Positions 1 to 13,741 of a stretch of 64,000 nucleotides of DNA are shown here, in pieces (within the stretch, counting starts at the first letter, position 1; each line of letters starts with the position of its first letter). The stretch spans positions 19,217,648 through 19,281,647 of the forward strand of contig NC_092673.1 of NCBI RefSeq assembly GCF_964355755.1, written 5' to 3'. The DNA comes from Antedon mediterranea (Eukaryota; Animalia; Echinodermata). The notes below the pieces were generated by a model, which did not search any database, was not told where the DNA came from, and worked only from the letters and a program-made list of their open reading frames with translations. A program made the position numbers and the translations under genes.

Positions 1-3000
1 GTCATCACAATACGTTCCCAAGGAACAGCTTAGCTAATGAAAAGAGTGGTTCTAAAAACACTGATTGTCCGGCCAGCATGGTGATTACTGTAAAGCGAGA
101 GGTGACCAACCGAAAGAGCAGGTAAATTCTGATAAAATGAGATTAAATTGTTAGAATAAAAGGGAAGTAAACTTTACGAAATAATGATATTTTATTACCA
201 CCTTTGCTTCTCCCACAATAAGTATGGCATTATGAAATAGTACGACCCAAAGGCGACATTTTTAGGGGGTGGCATTATGTGTGGGTGGCACTAATTGACA
301 TCCGTTCATCATGGGGTCACTCCTAAAAAGAATTACAGTCGGTAGGGGTGGGGGTTAATTCATACCTAAACAAAAAAACTTTATTAATGTTACAAAACAC
401 AGAAGACACTTCAATAAGAGATACTATTTTAAAAAATTCTGATGAATAGAATTACATTTATTTGCAAAATTCCTTCAATACTACAAAAACTGGAAAACCA
501 AAAAGTTTGTAATTACCATTTTCCCGACTTAGATATAAGATCAACCCAAACATGAAATCTCATCTGTTTTAAGGTGTGGCTCATTTTATGTGAAAATGAC
601 TCAAACATTGGGGTTTGGGGTTAGTAATAGATAATTATGAAAAAAAAAACACAAAAAAGAATGTTCTGGATATAATAACCAAACACATACATTATTATTT
701 TAAACATTTAATCCACAATAATTTTACCACATTACTGTATTGTACTTGAAAGTAAATGTCATTGTCTTACCATTAATTTAAGGATATCTTTTTTCTATAG
801 ATCTTCAGATACTCACTTGCACAACTTCCCAATGATGGTTCATTTGAGTTACAACCACAATCATCCGATCCTCTGTGCTGACACTCTAAGACACAGAGAT
901 GTTTCAGATATAGTAACAAAGAAGTTTGTGGATATGTTCAAAACAGGTCATTCACCATCGACCGCTCTTCTAGCACATAAACATGACCTTGAAGAGGAGC
1001 ATACTGATGACTACGTTGTAGTTGCTGCTGACCGAGCAGAATGTCCTGATCAGCAATGGTGCTACCGGTAAGTAGCCATCGTGAAGTTTATCAATATGTT
1101 CGTTCGTATGTTAAAGTTAAATAATTTTGTAAAATATGTTTATTACACATTAGTGTATTATTAATGAAACTATTTTAGCAATACAATTTGCTCCCATCAT
1201 TGGATACTGTAATTTTATATTTATATCAGGTTGTACTACAAGATATTCAAAGAAAGCTATGGAGAACCTGATGGTGAAGCAATGCTTAGAGACCTTGAAG
1301 CAAAAATTCAGCAAGTGTGTTCAACGCATAATGAAGAAGTTGCCAAGATAAAGCGAGTTGGAGAAAATGTGGTCGTTGCCATATGTACACCTCTGATGAA
1401 ACGTGTCCACAGATATGTACGACAGAGTGGTGAACTTGCTTTTATTGATTCATCGGGCGGAGTAGACCGTCATGGCTGTCGTGTTTTTGTAATTCTTACA
1501 CATAGCTGTGCCGGTGGCCTACCGTTGGGCTTACTTATCACCACGTCGGAAACTGAAGAGGTCATTACAGAAGGCCTAACTCTTCTTAAGGACATTTTAC
1601 CGCCTGTTGCCTTTTATGGTAAGTTAGGCCCAGCTGTCTTTATGACAGATGACTGTGAGGCAGAGAGGAAAGCCCTAAGTAATGTATTCCCAGGGTCTTC
1701 ACGTGTTCTGTGTGCGTTCCACATATTGCAGGCTATGTGGAGATACCTGTGGGACACAAAACACAAGGTAAAAAAGGAAGATAGACCACGATTATTAGGC
1801 GCGGTCAAGGCAATGCTGTATGCATCTACTGAGGCTCAGCTACATGTCTTTTATGAGGATTTGGTTGGTGATGATAGTTCAAAGACCTATCCACAATTTA
1901 TAGACCACGTAACTAAATTGTATGACAGACGCGAGATGTGGGCTTTGTGTTATCGAAACGAGCTACCAATGCGTTCAAATAACACCAACAATTACTGCGA
2001 GGCTGCAATGAGAATTTTGAAGGACCATATTTTCCAACGTACTAAGGCCTTTAACATGGTTCAGCTTTTTGATTTTCTCCTGACGAGAGTTGAAGTTCAC
2101 TATGAAAGACGACTTATAGATGTTGCAAACAATAGGTTGGGTAAGGCGATTTCCGCAAGATATGCTTCAGTGAGTGGCTGGCAGCTCCTTAAAGAGGATA
2201 TTATCCAAACAGGTGACAACTCATTTGAGGTACCATCTCAAAATTCAGAAGGAGTAACGTACAACGTTAATATTGAGGCAGCATCATGCTCGTGTGTTGT
2301 TGGCAGAAATGGTGGGCCTTGCAAGCATCAACACATTGTTTCGAAGCATTACGGCATACATACCATCAACACTAGTCCTGTGAACAGTCCAACCCTAAGA
2401 AGAATGTTTTACACCATTGCCACTGGATACGAGATGCATAAGGATTGGTTTTTATCTTTGAAATCTAACGAAAGTGAAGAATCACACATACAGTGCATCG
2501 CAATGCATCACGAACAGGCTCATTCTTCGACTGATGTGGAAGCCCATCCTTCGACTGACATAGACACTCTTTCTTTGGCTGATATAGATGCTCATCCTTC
2601 GACTGACGAGAACACTCATCCTTCGACTGACGAGAACACTCATACTTCGACTGACGAGAACACTCATCCTTTGACTACTGTAGATGAAATGCCTGTACAA
2701 CAAGGACAGCATGATGAACAAGCACTACTATTCATACACCTCCTAAAGGAAAAGGAACAGCAACATCCCGATATTTTCCGTGATGCAATATCCTGTTTCT
2801 TTGATAGTGTGAACAAAATTAAGACAGACGCCGCACTGGTTTCAGCCCTGCATACATTCGGCAAATATTCTGGTGAGAGTCTGATGAAAAAGCGCCCAAG
2901 AAGGTTGGGAAAAATCATTGGTGTACAACCTACAGCTGTGGCTCGTAGAAAATCATCTCTTGGTGGGCGAAGGTCTCTTGGATCTGGGCGTCCACTAAAA

Positions 3001-3126
3001 CAAATACAGGTAAATAGCAATCCAAAGCTTATGCCAAAGAAAAGAATAAGGAGGGCTCCTCACAAACTTTCAACCTGTGTAAAAACAAATATTTCATTGG
3101 GAAAACCCCATTCAATGAAAAAGTAA
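1..3126 (+). CDS. Mutator-like (MULE) DDE transposase with SWIM zinc finger; spliced, 5' part outside the window (exons <1-121, 801-1067, 1230-3126)
   Basis: GT-AG introns (AG|gtaaat after 121; tctatag|A at 801; CG|gtaagt after 1067; atcag|G at 1230) join in frame. N-terminal SKNTDCPA...HNHNH Zn-binding-like motif. MULE core motifs FIDSSG, FMTDD, CAFH (CxxH) and TNNYCE. SWIM motif CSCVVGRNGGPCKH. Confidence 0.88.
2520..2675 (+). repeat. 21-bp coding minisatellite (HPSTDEN) in the transposase C-terminal linker
   Basis: Repeated catccttcgactgacgagaacact-like units, in frame. Confidence 0.8.
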
Positions 3127-5222
3127 GCATTAGAGATTTTTCGCAGTCAGTGACAGTGATGCATGATACAGTACATAGGGCCTAGGTGCTTTAATAACAG
3201 TGAAGTTATACTTATTACATAATTATAAATAACAGTGAAACATGGGCCTATTGTTTAATATTAGTTTAATACCTGGTGGCGACATTTAAAAAAAAATTCT
3301 TTATATTATTGTTTAATAAATAATAAAACGTGTATTCATCCATGTTTGGGAATTTTTACAATTTGTTTAGATAGTACAAGTAAATCTTTTGGAAAATAGC
3401 CGATTATGCACAGATGTTTTAAATAAAGTTAAGTAAAAACTCTGGATATACGGTACTGTACATTAATATCACCTGCTGTATTGAGTTTTGTTCTAACTTA
3501 AAGTGACGATCTATTTAAAGGCCAGGTGCGGGCAAAAAATTTCTATTGATCATACATTCCAATAATTATCGATCTATAATTTCCCCTATGTTTCATAATT
3601 TTTGGGATTTTATTTGTGTTGCAGGAGCTTTTTGAAAATTAGCACTTTCATATCAGTGGGGGGATAGTTCAAATTACACAGTAAAATCTCTATTCTTTTG
3701 TACACAAATTTTGAAAATAGAGAGGCATTTCAAAAAGTTATGAAAAATAAACGGTGTGGTAAAAAATGTTATCAGATGACTAAATATAGGTAATATAACT
3801 TGAATTTTACATTTCTGTTATTTTTCTTCAACTTCAGAATTTTATTTACATGCTATAGCAAAAATTATCCACCGTATATCCACCATCTTTTTTCACCTTC
3901 TAGGGAGTCACCAGACATGTTATTACATTATGTTAACTACCTAACTACTGAAAAAAAGTCTTCCTGGTTTTTTTGGCAGAATTTTGCCAAATTTTGTATT
4001 TGACCATATTAGGGAAAATTCATGGTTTTTCATCTTGATTTCTGTTACAAATAATTTATTTATGTACAATTAACCAGATATTATATTTAAAATTCATGCC
4101 TGTACCTGAGCTTTAAAACAAACATGGTTCCATGTATCTTGAATAAAATATATGAAAACGTTCACTGCCATCACTTGATATTTTGTTACTGGTTTATTTG
4201 ATTTATACATTTCTTATTTCACATTATGCAGACACGTATCATATCATCTGGGGTGGGGGTGCAAGGGTACGATCGCACCCCTCCCCCTAATTTTTTATTT
4301 ATAGAAGAAAAAAAAACACCCGGAAATAAAACTACTATGCCACAACCATCATCATGGACCGAAAATATCAGAGAAGGCGTGATTACAAACGCAGTTTCAA
4401 ACTGTTAAATGGATTAGTTGAAGAAATGTCATAATGCTCAAATAAAATGTACCTGAGATTGGTATGATGTAGGCCTAGGCTATACTGTAAAAGGGTAAAA
4501 TCAAATGTTAAAACCTCCTTGGTAAAAGCATGGAGTAAAACCTTCTTGGGTGTTACAGTATCATCATAAATATTATTTTATTATACCACCATATACATAT
4601 TACAGTATTAATTAAATGTAATTATTGCATGAATTGCTTTCATTGTAGGCCTATTTTATCAGCAGTAAAAAAAGAACATTGTAGGTAGCTGCATGACAGC
4701 GAGTAAAAATTGGGAAAGCAATAATTCTTCACTGCTCTGCTTGCTTGCTTGTGACCGCTGGCGCTGAATTTAAATATTCATGAGCGATGGAGCGCGCCCT
4801 CTATTGACTTCTGCTAAATCGGCCTTATATGACGAGTAAAAAAAATTTCGCGGCCGGCTATGTTTCGTGTTATACTGATGATGCTCGCGGGGAAAACTCT
4901 ATTAAAAGGTATTTAGCGATGGGCCCCGCGATGGGCTTATAGCATCCAGTATGCTAAAATTCTTGCAAAATTTGGCGATAAATCGTGAAATTTTGACACG
5001 GGTGGGCGGGCCAGGGACTTAAACTACTAATTTCACCCTGTCATTTCCCACACTTGTGCTACCAACTCCCAATATTTGTGCTACCAGGCCCTCGAAAATA
5101 TACCCGTAAATGCGACACCTCCCCCCGTATGGAAATATTTAAGAGTGCCCCCCCCCCTCCCCCATCCTCATCCATCCATGTGTTTATGTTCGTCTTAGGA
5201 CCAATCACAATGCAGTTGATAT

Positions 5223-5758
5223 CAGGGGCGGATTGCTATAAGCGGTCTATAAACGGTCTTAGCGCTTAGCCGGCTATAATTCGTGACGTAGCAAGTAGTC
5301 TTTATTTATAGACCATTGCTATACCGCGGTCTGACCTGTAAATGGTCTTTAAAATTAAAGCCTACTCGAAGGAGTCTTAAAACAGTCTTAAACCTCTCTT
5401 TTTGTTGCTTTTACGTATTATTTATCGTCAAAGACAACCAATTAAACGAGTTTTAAGTGTTAAATCAAATAATAACGGTGATTTTATTCTTATATAGGCC
5501 TAGAATGGATTTTCTCGCGTAGAAATGTACGTACTGTTATGATTGTGAATTGAACAAGCGTGACGAACATTACCTTATTTGGTATTCTACGCGCAAAGTA
5601 CGCCCTCAATTTGTTACTTTACGCGGTCTTATCCAAGACTGTTTTATAGCAATGGTCTATCAGGAGTGGCTTTAATAAGACCGTCTATCTGATAAAGCCG
5701 GCTTTAATCGGGGAGTTAAGACCATCAGTTAAGACTGTTTTATAGCAATCCACCCCTG
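5223..5758. mobile_element. Non-autonomous TIR element (MITE), PIF/Harbinger-like
   Basis: Left end CAGGGGCGGATTGCTATAA and right end TTATAGCAATCCACCCCTG are inverted repeats with 1 mismatch. Subterminal ttgctata/tatagcaa repeats. TSD not clear, so the superfamily is tentative. Confidence 0.7.
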
Positions 5759-6855
5759 TTCTCTAACGACATGTTGTGGAGACTCCCTCAGCTTTCTATA
5801 CTCTAGGCCCACTATAAAAAGCCTTTGATAGCTAGAGGTAGGGCCTGCCCCAGCTACTTAGAACTAGCCTAGCTAGGCCTACAGGCCTATCTAGGCTGAT
5901 ATAATATAGCACTAAGTAGGTAGGCCTAGGATACAGTATATACCGTATACCGTATATGATTAATTTTATGGTATATGATAATATTATGAAACAAAAACTT
6001 ACTTCTTGTGTTTGACATTCTTCGACATGTTGTGAGTGGTTTGTTGGTGGGTGAATAAACTTTTATTTTTTATAGAGGGCGCAACCACTATTTGTCTACG
6101 TAACATGTGTAAGAACTTTATTATAATATTACTCTCTGGATTGGTGGAATGGATATTTTGTATAATATACGATGAATAGCAAAGCACGTACATTTTGATA
6201 CAGTATAATGATCTCCTCGATGTTAAAATCTCCCCCTTCCAAACAAACACACAATCCTTACAAACAAAAAAAAGCTTTTCATTCATTAGTATTTATTTAA
6301 AAAATATGAATATAAACATTAAAACACGTGCAGCATAAATACTTAATTGAGTTTTAATTTACAAAATTGAATTAAAAGTGAAAAATATCAAAATATAAAA
6401 CATTTCATTTTCAACAAATAGGTATTAGAAAATTCATTCATATAAAAAATGTAATTCAGTTCTGTACAAAAAAATTTACAATTTATTCAATTAATTATAT
6501 TTAAACATCGTTCTGTACTTCCGTTTACCTGGTCTCATTTGCATAATATGCACATGTTAGTTATTTATAATTAATGTAAATATGTTCAAAATTACAACAA
6601 AAAAACAGAACAAACACATATGTGTTTGTCATGTTTTGTTTTTGTAATTTTACAAACTTTAATTAATTTTAATGTGAATTGACTTATTATATTGTTAGGC
6701 CTATTAAGTACAGTAGGCCACACTTTAACCAAAATTCAGTATGAAGAATGACAACATTGATATCGCAAAATATGAATTAAAAATGGTGACAGTTAACACA
6801 GACTGACAATTGCACATCATTAATAGTTATCATTATCAATTTGGTCATTTTTCGT

Positions 6856-8052
6856 AAAAATCCCTGTACAGCTTTTAGATTTATCCACAAAAAATTGTGT
6901 TGTTAAAATCCCTGTACTATAAATACAGGGATTCCTACAGCTTTTGGATTTATCCACAACAAATTGTGTTGTTAAAATCTCTGTACTATAAATACAGTGA
7001 TTCCTACAGCTTTTAGATTTATCCACAACAAATTGTGGTGTTAAAATCCCTGTAGGCCTACTATAAATACAGGGATTCTTACAGCTTTTAGATTTATCCA
7101 CAACAAATTGTGTTGTTAAAATCCCTGTACTATAAATACAGTGATTCCTACACCTTTTAGATTTATCCACAACAAATTGTGTTGTTAAAATCCCTGTACT
7201 ATAAATACAGGGATTCCTACAGCTTTTGGATTTATCCACAACAAATTGTGTTGTTAAAATCTCTGTACTATAAATACAGTGATTCCTACAGCTTTTAGAT
7301 TTATCCACAACAAATTGTGGTGTTAAAATCCCTGTACTATAAATACAGGGATTCCTACAGCTTTTAGATTTATCCACAACAAATTGTGTTGTTAAAATCC
7401 CTGTACTATAAATACAGTGATTCCTACACCTTTTAGATTTATCCACAACAAATTGTGGTGTTAAAATCCCTGTACTATAAATACAGGGATTCCTACAGCT
7501 TTTAGATTTATTCACAACAAATGGTGTTGTTAAAATCCCTGTACTATAAATACAGTGATTCCTACAGCTTTTGGATTTATCCACAACAAATTGTGTTGTT
7601 AAAATCCCTGTACTATAAATACAGGGATTCCTACAGCTTTTGGATTTATCCACAACAAATTGTGTTGTTAAAATCCCTGTACCATAAATACAGTGATTCC
7701 TACAGCTTTTAGATTTATCCACAACAAATTGTGTTGTTAAAATCACTCACTCCATGGTTCTGGTGGTAGAACGAGTCTTCTCGGATAAGGACTATAAACC
7801 GTAGGTCCAGTGTACACAACTTGCTCGTGTGCACTTTAAAGAACCTAGTACATCTTTCGAGACGAGTAGGGGGTTACCCCGGTGTATTAGTACATCACAG
7901 CCACTGATCACCAACTGGGCCCTCTGGGAGACCAGTCTTTGACTGAAGAGGTTACCCAGTATAAATATATATTTCAATCAATCAATCAATCCCTGTACTA
8001 TAAATAAAAGGATTCCTACAGCTTTTAGATTTATCCACAACAAACTGTGTTG
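6856..8052. repeat. 69-bp minisatellite (~14 copies) with 138-bp dimeric higher-order structure, interrupted by a SINE
   Basis: Period 69 (tgttaaaatc at 6901 and 6970). Units alternate cagGgattc and cagTgattc. Confidence 0.92.
7745..7990 (+). mobile_element. 5'-truncated Deu-domain-like SINE with (CAAT)n tail
   Basis: cttctcggataaggactataaaccgtaggtcc...taaagaacc...ttcgagacgagtagggggttaccccggtgt resembles the DeuSINE central domain as I recall it. The element ends in tcaatcaatcaatcaat and the satellite resumes in register at aatc. Confidence 0.65.
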
Positions 8053-8581
8053 AGTGGAAAATGTTGTTGTCTTTGTTACAATGCACTTAGATTGTTATGA
8101 GTCTAATTATTACATGATATCTTGATTTAAAATACAATTTAGCATCATTAATCATAACTACCATAGTTATTAATACAAACAAATAGCAACATTATTATCA
8201 TCAGTATCATTATATCAAACACCTATTTGCTGCCCCCATACCCCGTCGCGTCCCCTTATTAATTTGAATTTTTTTTTCATTTATCAAATTATTACTTTAC
8301 TTTAAAATGTTTATAGCTGCAATATACACTTTGAACAAAATTGAGATTGTAGGGGCATTGCTAATTGTATCAATATTTTAAAAAACCCCACTTTTTGTTC
8401 CCTTATCCTACCAATCAAAATGTGTATGCTAATTATCTAACTTTCTACCAATCAAAAGGTGTATGCTAATTATGTAACTTCAGATATCTAAACTGTAATC
8501 ATATAAAAAGAGTAAGCATGTCTGTCTGTCCATTTTCAAATAGTAAGAGCAATTGGTTTTCAATATAAAATGACAAATAAA

Positions 8582-9333
8582 TGAGTAGACAATTGACAAC
8601 TGAGTTACAGCTTCAATATGTTGACAACTGTCTACTACAGCATTGAGTACACAATTGACAACTGAGTTACAGCTTCAATATGTTGACAACTGTCTACTAC
8701 AGCCTTGAGTACACAATTGACAACTGAGTTACAGCTTCAATATGTTGACAACTGTCTACTACAGCATTGAGTAGACAATTGCCAACTGAGTTACAGCTTC
8801 AATATGTTGACAACTGTCTACTACAGCATTGAGTAGACAATTGACAACTGAGTTACAGCTTTAATATGTTGATAACTGTCTACTACAGCATTGAGTACAC
8901 AATTGACAACTGAGTTACAGCTTCAATATGTTGACAACTGTCTACTACAGCATTGAGTAGACAATTGACAACTGAGTTACAGCTTCAATATGTTTACAAC
9001 TGTTTACTACAGCATTGAGTAGACAATTGACAACTGAGTTACAGCTTCAATATGTTGACAACTGTCTACTACAGCATTGAGTAGACAATTGACAACTGAG
9101 TTACAGCTTCAATATGTTTACAACTGTTTACTACAGCATTGAGTACACAATTGACAACTGAGTTACAGCTTCAATATGTTGACAACTGTCTACTACAGCA
9201 TTGAGTAGACAATTGACAACTGAGTTACAGCTTCAATATGTTGACAACTGTCTACTACCGCATTGAGTAGACAATTGACAACTGAGTTACAGCTTCAATA
9301 TGTTGACAACTGTCTACTACCGCATTGAGTACA
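8582..9333. repeat. 62-bp minisatellite, left arm (split by the Gypsy element)
   Basis: Unit aattgacaactgagttacagcttcaatatgttgacaactgtctactacagcattgagtasac; period 62 (8591, 8653). Confidence 0.95.
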
Positions 9334-9508
9334 TGTAGTATATGCACGCGCACATATAATATATGCGTACTGCGCATATGCTCTGACGAGGTTAGCCTAC
9401 AAAACGTTCTATACTATTGTTCATGACTACTAGTTGGTTTCATTAAATACGTTCATTATTATACTCATCTCAACGTACTTATTAATTTGTCTACGACGAT
9501 ACACGACA
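9334..9508 (+). repeat. 5' LTR (175 bp)
   Basis: TGTAGTATATGCACGCG...GATACACGACA; matches 16078-16257. Confidence 0.96.
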
Positions 9509-9509
9509 C

Positions 9510-9522
9510 TGGCGACGAGGAT
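9510..9522 (+). promoter_or_regulatory. Primer-binding site, complementary to the tRNA-Ser(GCU) 3' end
   Basis: TGGCGACGAGGAT, 1 nt after the LTR, is the reverse complement of ATCCTCGTCG-CCA. Confidence 0.8.
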
Positions 9523-9685
9523 ACAGGCACATTTACATAGAGAGAAACGGAAGTATAATAATATTATAAAACTAGGCCTAGGCTAGCAGTTTTTGATTTT
9601 CCAACAACGGCAACCGTAACCAAGGAACCGCACAGGCTAATAACGATTCCGAGCGCCCTGAACGTACAGAGAGCGAAGCGCGGTA

Positions 9686-12600
9686 ATGGCAGCGGCTAAT
9701 ACCAGAATTCTATTCGAGGAATTCAACGTCCAGGATGGAGACATAGATACGTATGTGGACAGGCTGGAACAATATTTTGTGGCATTAGATATCAATGACG
9801 GAGGTAAGAAAAGAGCGATATTATTGAGTAGTTTAGGAGAGACTGGATACACAACGATACGAGATTTGTGTTTTCCTGATAAACCAAATACAAAATCGTA
9901 CGATACGCTCACAACCAAGCTCAAAGAGCTTTACAAACCTACTCGAATAACGATTTCTGAACGATTTATATTCAGAAATGTAAAACAGACACCGGGACAG
10001 ACTATTTCTCAATTTGTATCCCATCTAAAGAAAAAGGCGATACATTGTGGTTTTGAAGGAGAGGCATTGGAAAACGCACTGCGTGATCAGTTCGTATGTG
10101 GACTAATAAGTCAGAGCATCCAAAAAAAAAAATTGACAAAGAACCATACGTTCAAGGAAGCAACAGACATAGCCATAGCCTCGGAGGCAGCAACAGCGAA
10201 TATGAAAAGTATGTCGCACGATGGGGACAAGCCAATCAACCACGTTACGTCTAACAGCAGGAAGTCTACGAAAACTTATCAAGCGTCAAAACAAACACGA
10301 ACGCAGAAATGTGACCGCTGTGGTATGAACAATCATACAAGAGATACGTGTAAATACAAAAACGCTACATGCTTTAAATGCAACAAACAAGGACACCTAA
10401 AATCAGAATGCAGGCAGTCGAGTAAATCAACAAAACAATATAAACCTAAATCTATCAAGCAAGTAGAAGCACCGGATTACGACGAAGGTAATGACGATTT
10501 TGTAGATACAATGTTTTGCGTAGGCATTAAGCAGGACAATTCGGTACCACCAATAACGGTACAGATGCGAGTTGATGATATAGATATTGATTTTGAAGTA
10601 GATACGGGCGCAGCAGTATCGATAATTAGCTTTGACGATTACGAAAGCAAGCTTAGCCATCTACCATTAAAGTCAGTAAAACGTACACTTCACGCATACA
10701 CAGGTACTAAGCTCGATATAGCAGGAGAAATTAAAGTCACCGTGAACTATAGGGGCCAGAGTAACGTTCTCCCACTGATAGTAGTGAGAACACAGCGATG
10801 AAACTCACCACCCTTGCTTGGAAGAACCTGGTTAGAAGTGATTAAGTTGGACTGGAAGTCATTATTTCCACCATCGCTTGCTCAGAATTCGGTAGAAATA
10901 GATAACGATGTCGGTCAGTCATTCAAACGGAAGTTCCCAGAAGTTTTCCGAACGGAATTAGGTACGGTTCAGGGACACAAAGCGACATTACATCTAAAAG
11001 TGAACGCAATCCCAAAATTCTGCAAAGCTCGAAATGTTCCATTTGCGCTACGCTCCGCAGTTGAGGTAGAGTTAGACAGAATGCAAAACGAAGGAGTTAT
11101 TTATCCGGTAGACTTTAGTCAGTGGGCAACCCCATTGGTATGTATTCCAAAGGCCGATGGCAGGGTACGTGTCTGCGGAGATTATAAAGTAACAGTCAAC
11201 CCGAGTTTAAATTGCGACCAATATCCAATTCCGACCCCAGAGGAAGTTTTCACCAAGTTGGGAGGTGGAAAGCGATTCTCTAAGATTGATTTGAAATGTG
11301 CGTACCAGCAGTTAGTACTGGAAGACGAGGCGCAAGAGTTGGTAACGATCAACACGCACCGCGGATTATATCGATACACGAGGTTACCGTTTGGTATTTC
11401 GTCCAGTCCAGCCATATGGCAGCGATTCATAGAACAGGTGATAACAGGACTTAAAGGAACATGTGCGATCATGGACGATGTTCTTGTTACAGGTGCGTCT
11501 GATAAAGAGCATATTAGTAATCTTGAGAAACTATTTGAGAGATTTAACAAGTATGGTCTCAGAGTGAAAGCTGAGAAATGCGCGTTTGTACAAAAGGAAG
11601 TAGTCTACATGGGACGTAAGCTATCAGCAGCAGGAATTCAACCGACAAACGATAAAGTGAAAGCCATCAAGGATGCACGAGCACCACAGAATGCAACAGA
11701 ACTAAGATCCTGGCTAGGACTAGTTAACTATCACGCGTCATTTATTCCACGATTATCGACGATGATACATCCTTTGAATGAGCTGTTGGGAAGCAAACCA
11801 TGGTCATGGACTGTCGACTGTAGTAAAGCGTTTAACGCGGTAAAGCGAATTATTAGCGAAGACATGATGTTGACGCATTATGACCCATTAAAACCACTGG
11901 AACTATACACGGACGCATCACCGTACGGAGTTGGCGCAGTCATTTGCCACGTAAACGAGAACAATATCAAAACACCAATCGCGTACGCATCGCGAAGCCT
12001 GCATAAACACGAAAAGGGTTATGCACAACTAGACAAGGAAGCCCTAAGCATCATGTTTGGACTTCAAAGGTTTAGGACATACTTATACGGACGGAAATTC
12101 ACGATAAGAACTGATCATAAGCCACTTGAACGCATTCTAGGACCTAAATCAGCTATTCCGACACTGGCCGCACAGAGATTACAGCGATGGGCAATCGTGC
12201 TGTCAGCGTTCGAATACGATTTAAAGTTCATTCCTGGAAAACAGAACGTAACTGCCGACGCACTCTCACGTCTCCCAATGCCATACGAAGGACGGGAAGA
12301 CGATGCAGTATATAACATAGCGGGGCATACATTAGACAATTTGCCAGTCACGAGTACGAACGTACAACAGCATACCAGGAAAGACCCGCTATTGAGCAAA
12401 GTGTTATACATGGTACAGACAGGTTTATGGCAGTCAGAAAACGACGACGATCTAAAACCATTCCTACACCGAAGAGACGAATTGAGTGTAGAACAGGACT
12501 GTTTGCTGTGGGGATACAGGGTAGTGATTCCACCGAAACTCAGAGGGGCCGTTCTGGAGGAGCTTCATTGTGCTCACCCCGGAATCGTGCGTATGAAAGA

Positions 12601-13672
12601 GATTGCGCGAAGTCATGTCTGGTGGCCCCAGATAGATTCCGACATTGAACGATTGGTGAAGCAATGTCAAGCATGTCACCAAACACAAAGTCGACCAAGC
12701 GTAGCACCAATGATGCCCTGGATCTGGCCAAATCAGCCTTGGACACGAATACATATTGACTATGCGCAGAAAGATAAACGAGATTATCTAGTAGTGGTTG
12801 ACTCATATTCGAAATGGCCAGAAGTCGTTCAGATGAACAGTACGACGAGTGCAGCGACCATCAAAGCGATGAGAGAGTTGTTCAGTAGATACGGATTGCC
12901 TGTTCAACTTGTAAGCGATAATGGACCTCAATTTGTTAGCGACGAATTTGAATTCTTCTTAAAGCAAAACGGGGTGAAACATGTAAAGGTTGCACCTTAT
13001 CACGCCGCAAGCAACGGAGCAGCAGAACGAATGGTTCAATCTTTCAAAAGATCGTTAGCGGCAAGCCGAGCTAATGGGAAGGATTTCCAACAATGTTTGG
13101 ACAGATTTCTTTTATCGTATCGCACAACAAAACACGCAACTACGGGACAAACGCCAGCGAAGTTATTCATGGGCCGTGAGTTAAGAACGCGAGTATCACT
13201 TTTACATCCCAGTACAGAAAACAAGGTACTTAACAAGCAGAGTGATCAGAAGCTTCATCACGACAAAACGAAAGATCTACGAGAATTTTACCCAGGTGAA
13301 ATGGTATTAGTGAAAGATTTCCGACAAGAGGGAAAGTGGTGGCCAGGTACCGTGATAGAACGTACCGCTCCAAAATCATACGTAATTAGTGTTGAGGATG
13401 GCCGAGTGTGGAAAAGACACATTGACCAGTTGAAAGCGACAGACGCGGACGCTTACGCGAGTAAAACCCCTACTTCACATAGCGAGTTGGAACACAAGAT
13501 TAAACAGACAGTACCAATAACGATTGCGAGCGAAACGATTGCGAACAAAGAGCAAACATCCACCAACCAACCGGTTGAAGAGGAACATAGATTGTCTTCA
13601 TCGCCTGAGGTTATTCCACGACGCTCCACGCGACTTCGAAGGAAGCCAACACGACTTATCGAAGAGATATAG
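9686..13672 (+). pseudogene. Gypsy gag-pol polyprotein, single frame broken by one in-frame TGA (10799-10801) in the protease
   Basis: ORFs 9686-10801 and 10814-13672 share a frame (VVRTQR*NSPPLLGRTWL). Two CCHC knuckles (CDRCGMNNHTRDTC, CFKCNKQGHLKSEC), protease DTGA, RT LPFG and IMDD, RNase H TDAS...TDH, integrase HHCC plus IDY/SDNG/AER. Confidence 0.92.
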
Positions 13673-13741
13673 AACTTGTGAACAATGTTATTATTATGAA
13701 CGTTAAAGTTATGTTGTTCATGTTTTTACACAAAATTATAA

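Noticed and set aside
6820-7746. 308-aa Cys-containing repeat ORF
   Set aside because: By-product of a 69-bp (3n) satellite that lacks stops in one frame. Its start lies at the SINE junction and it has no domain or splice support.
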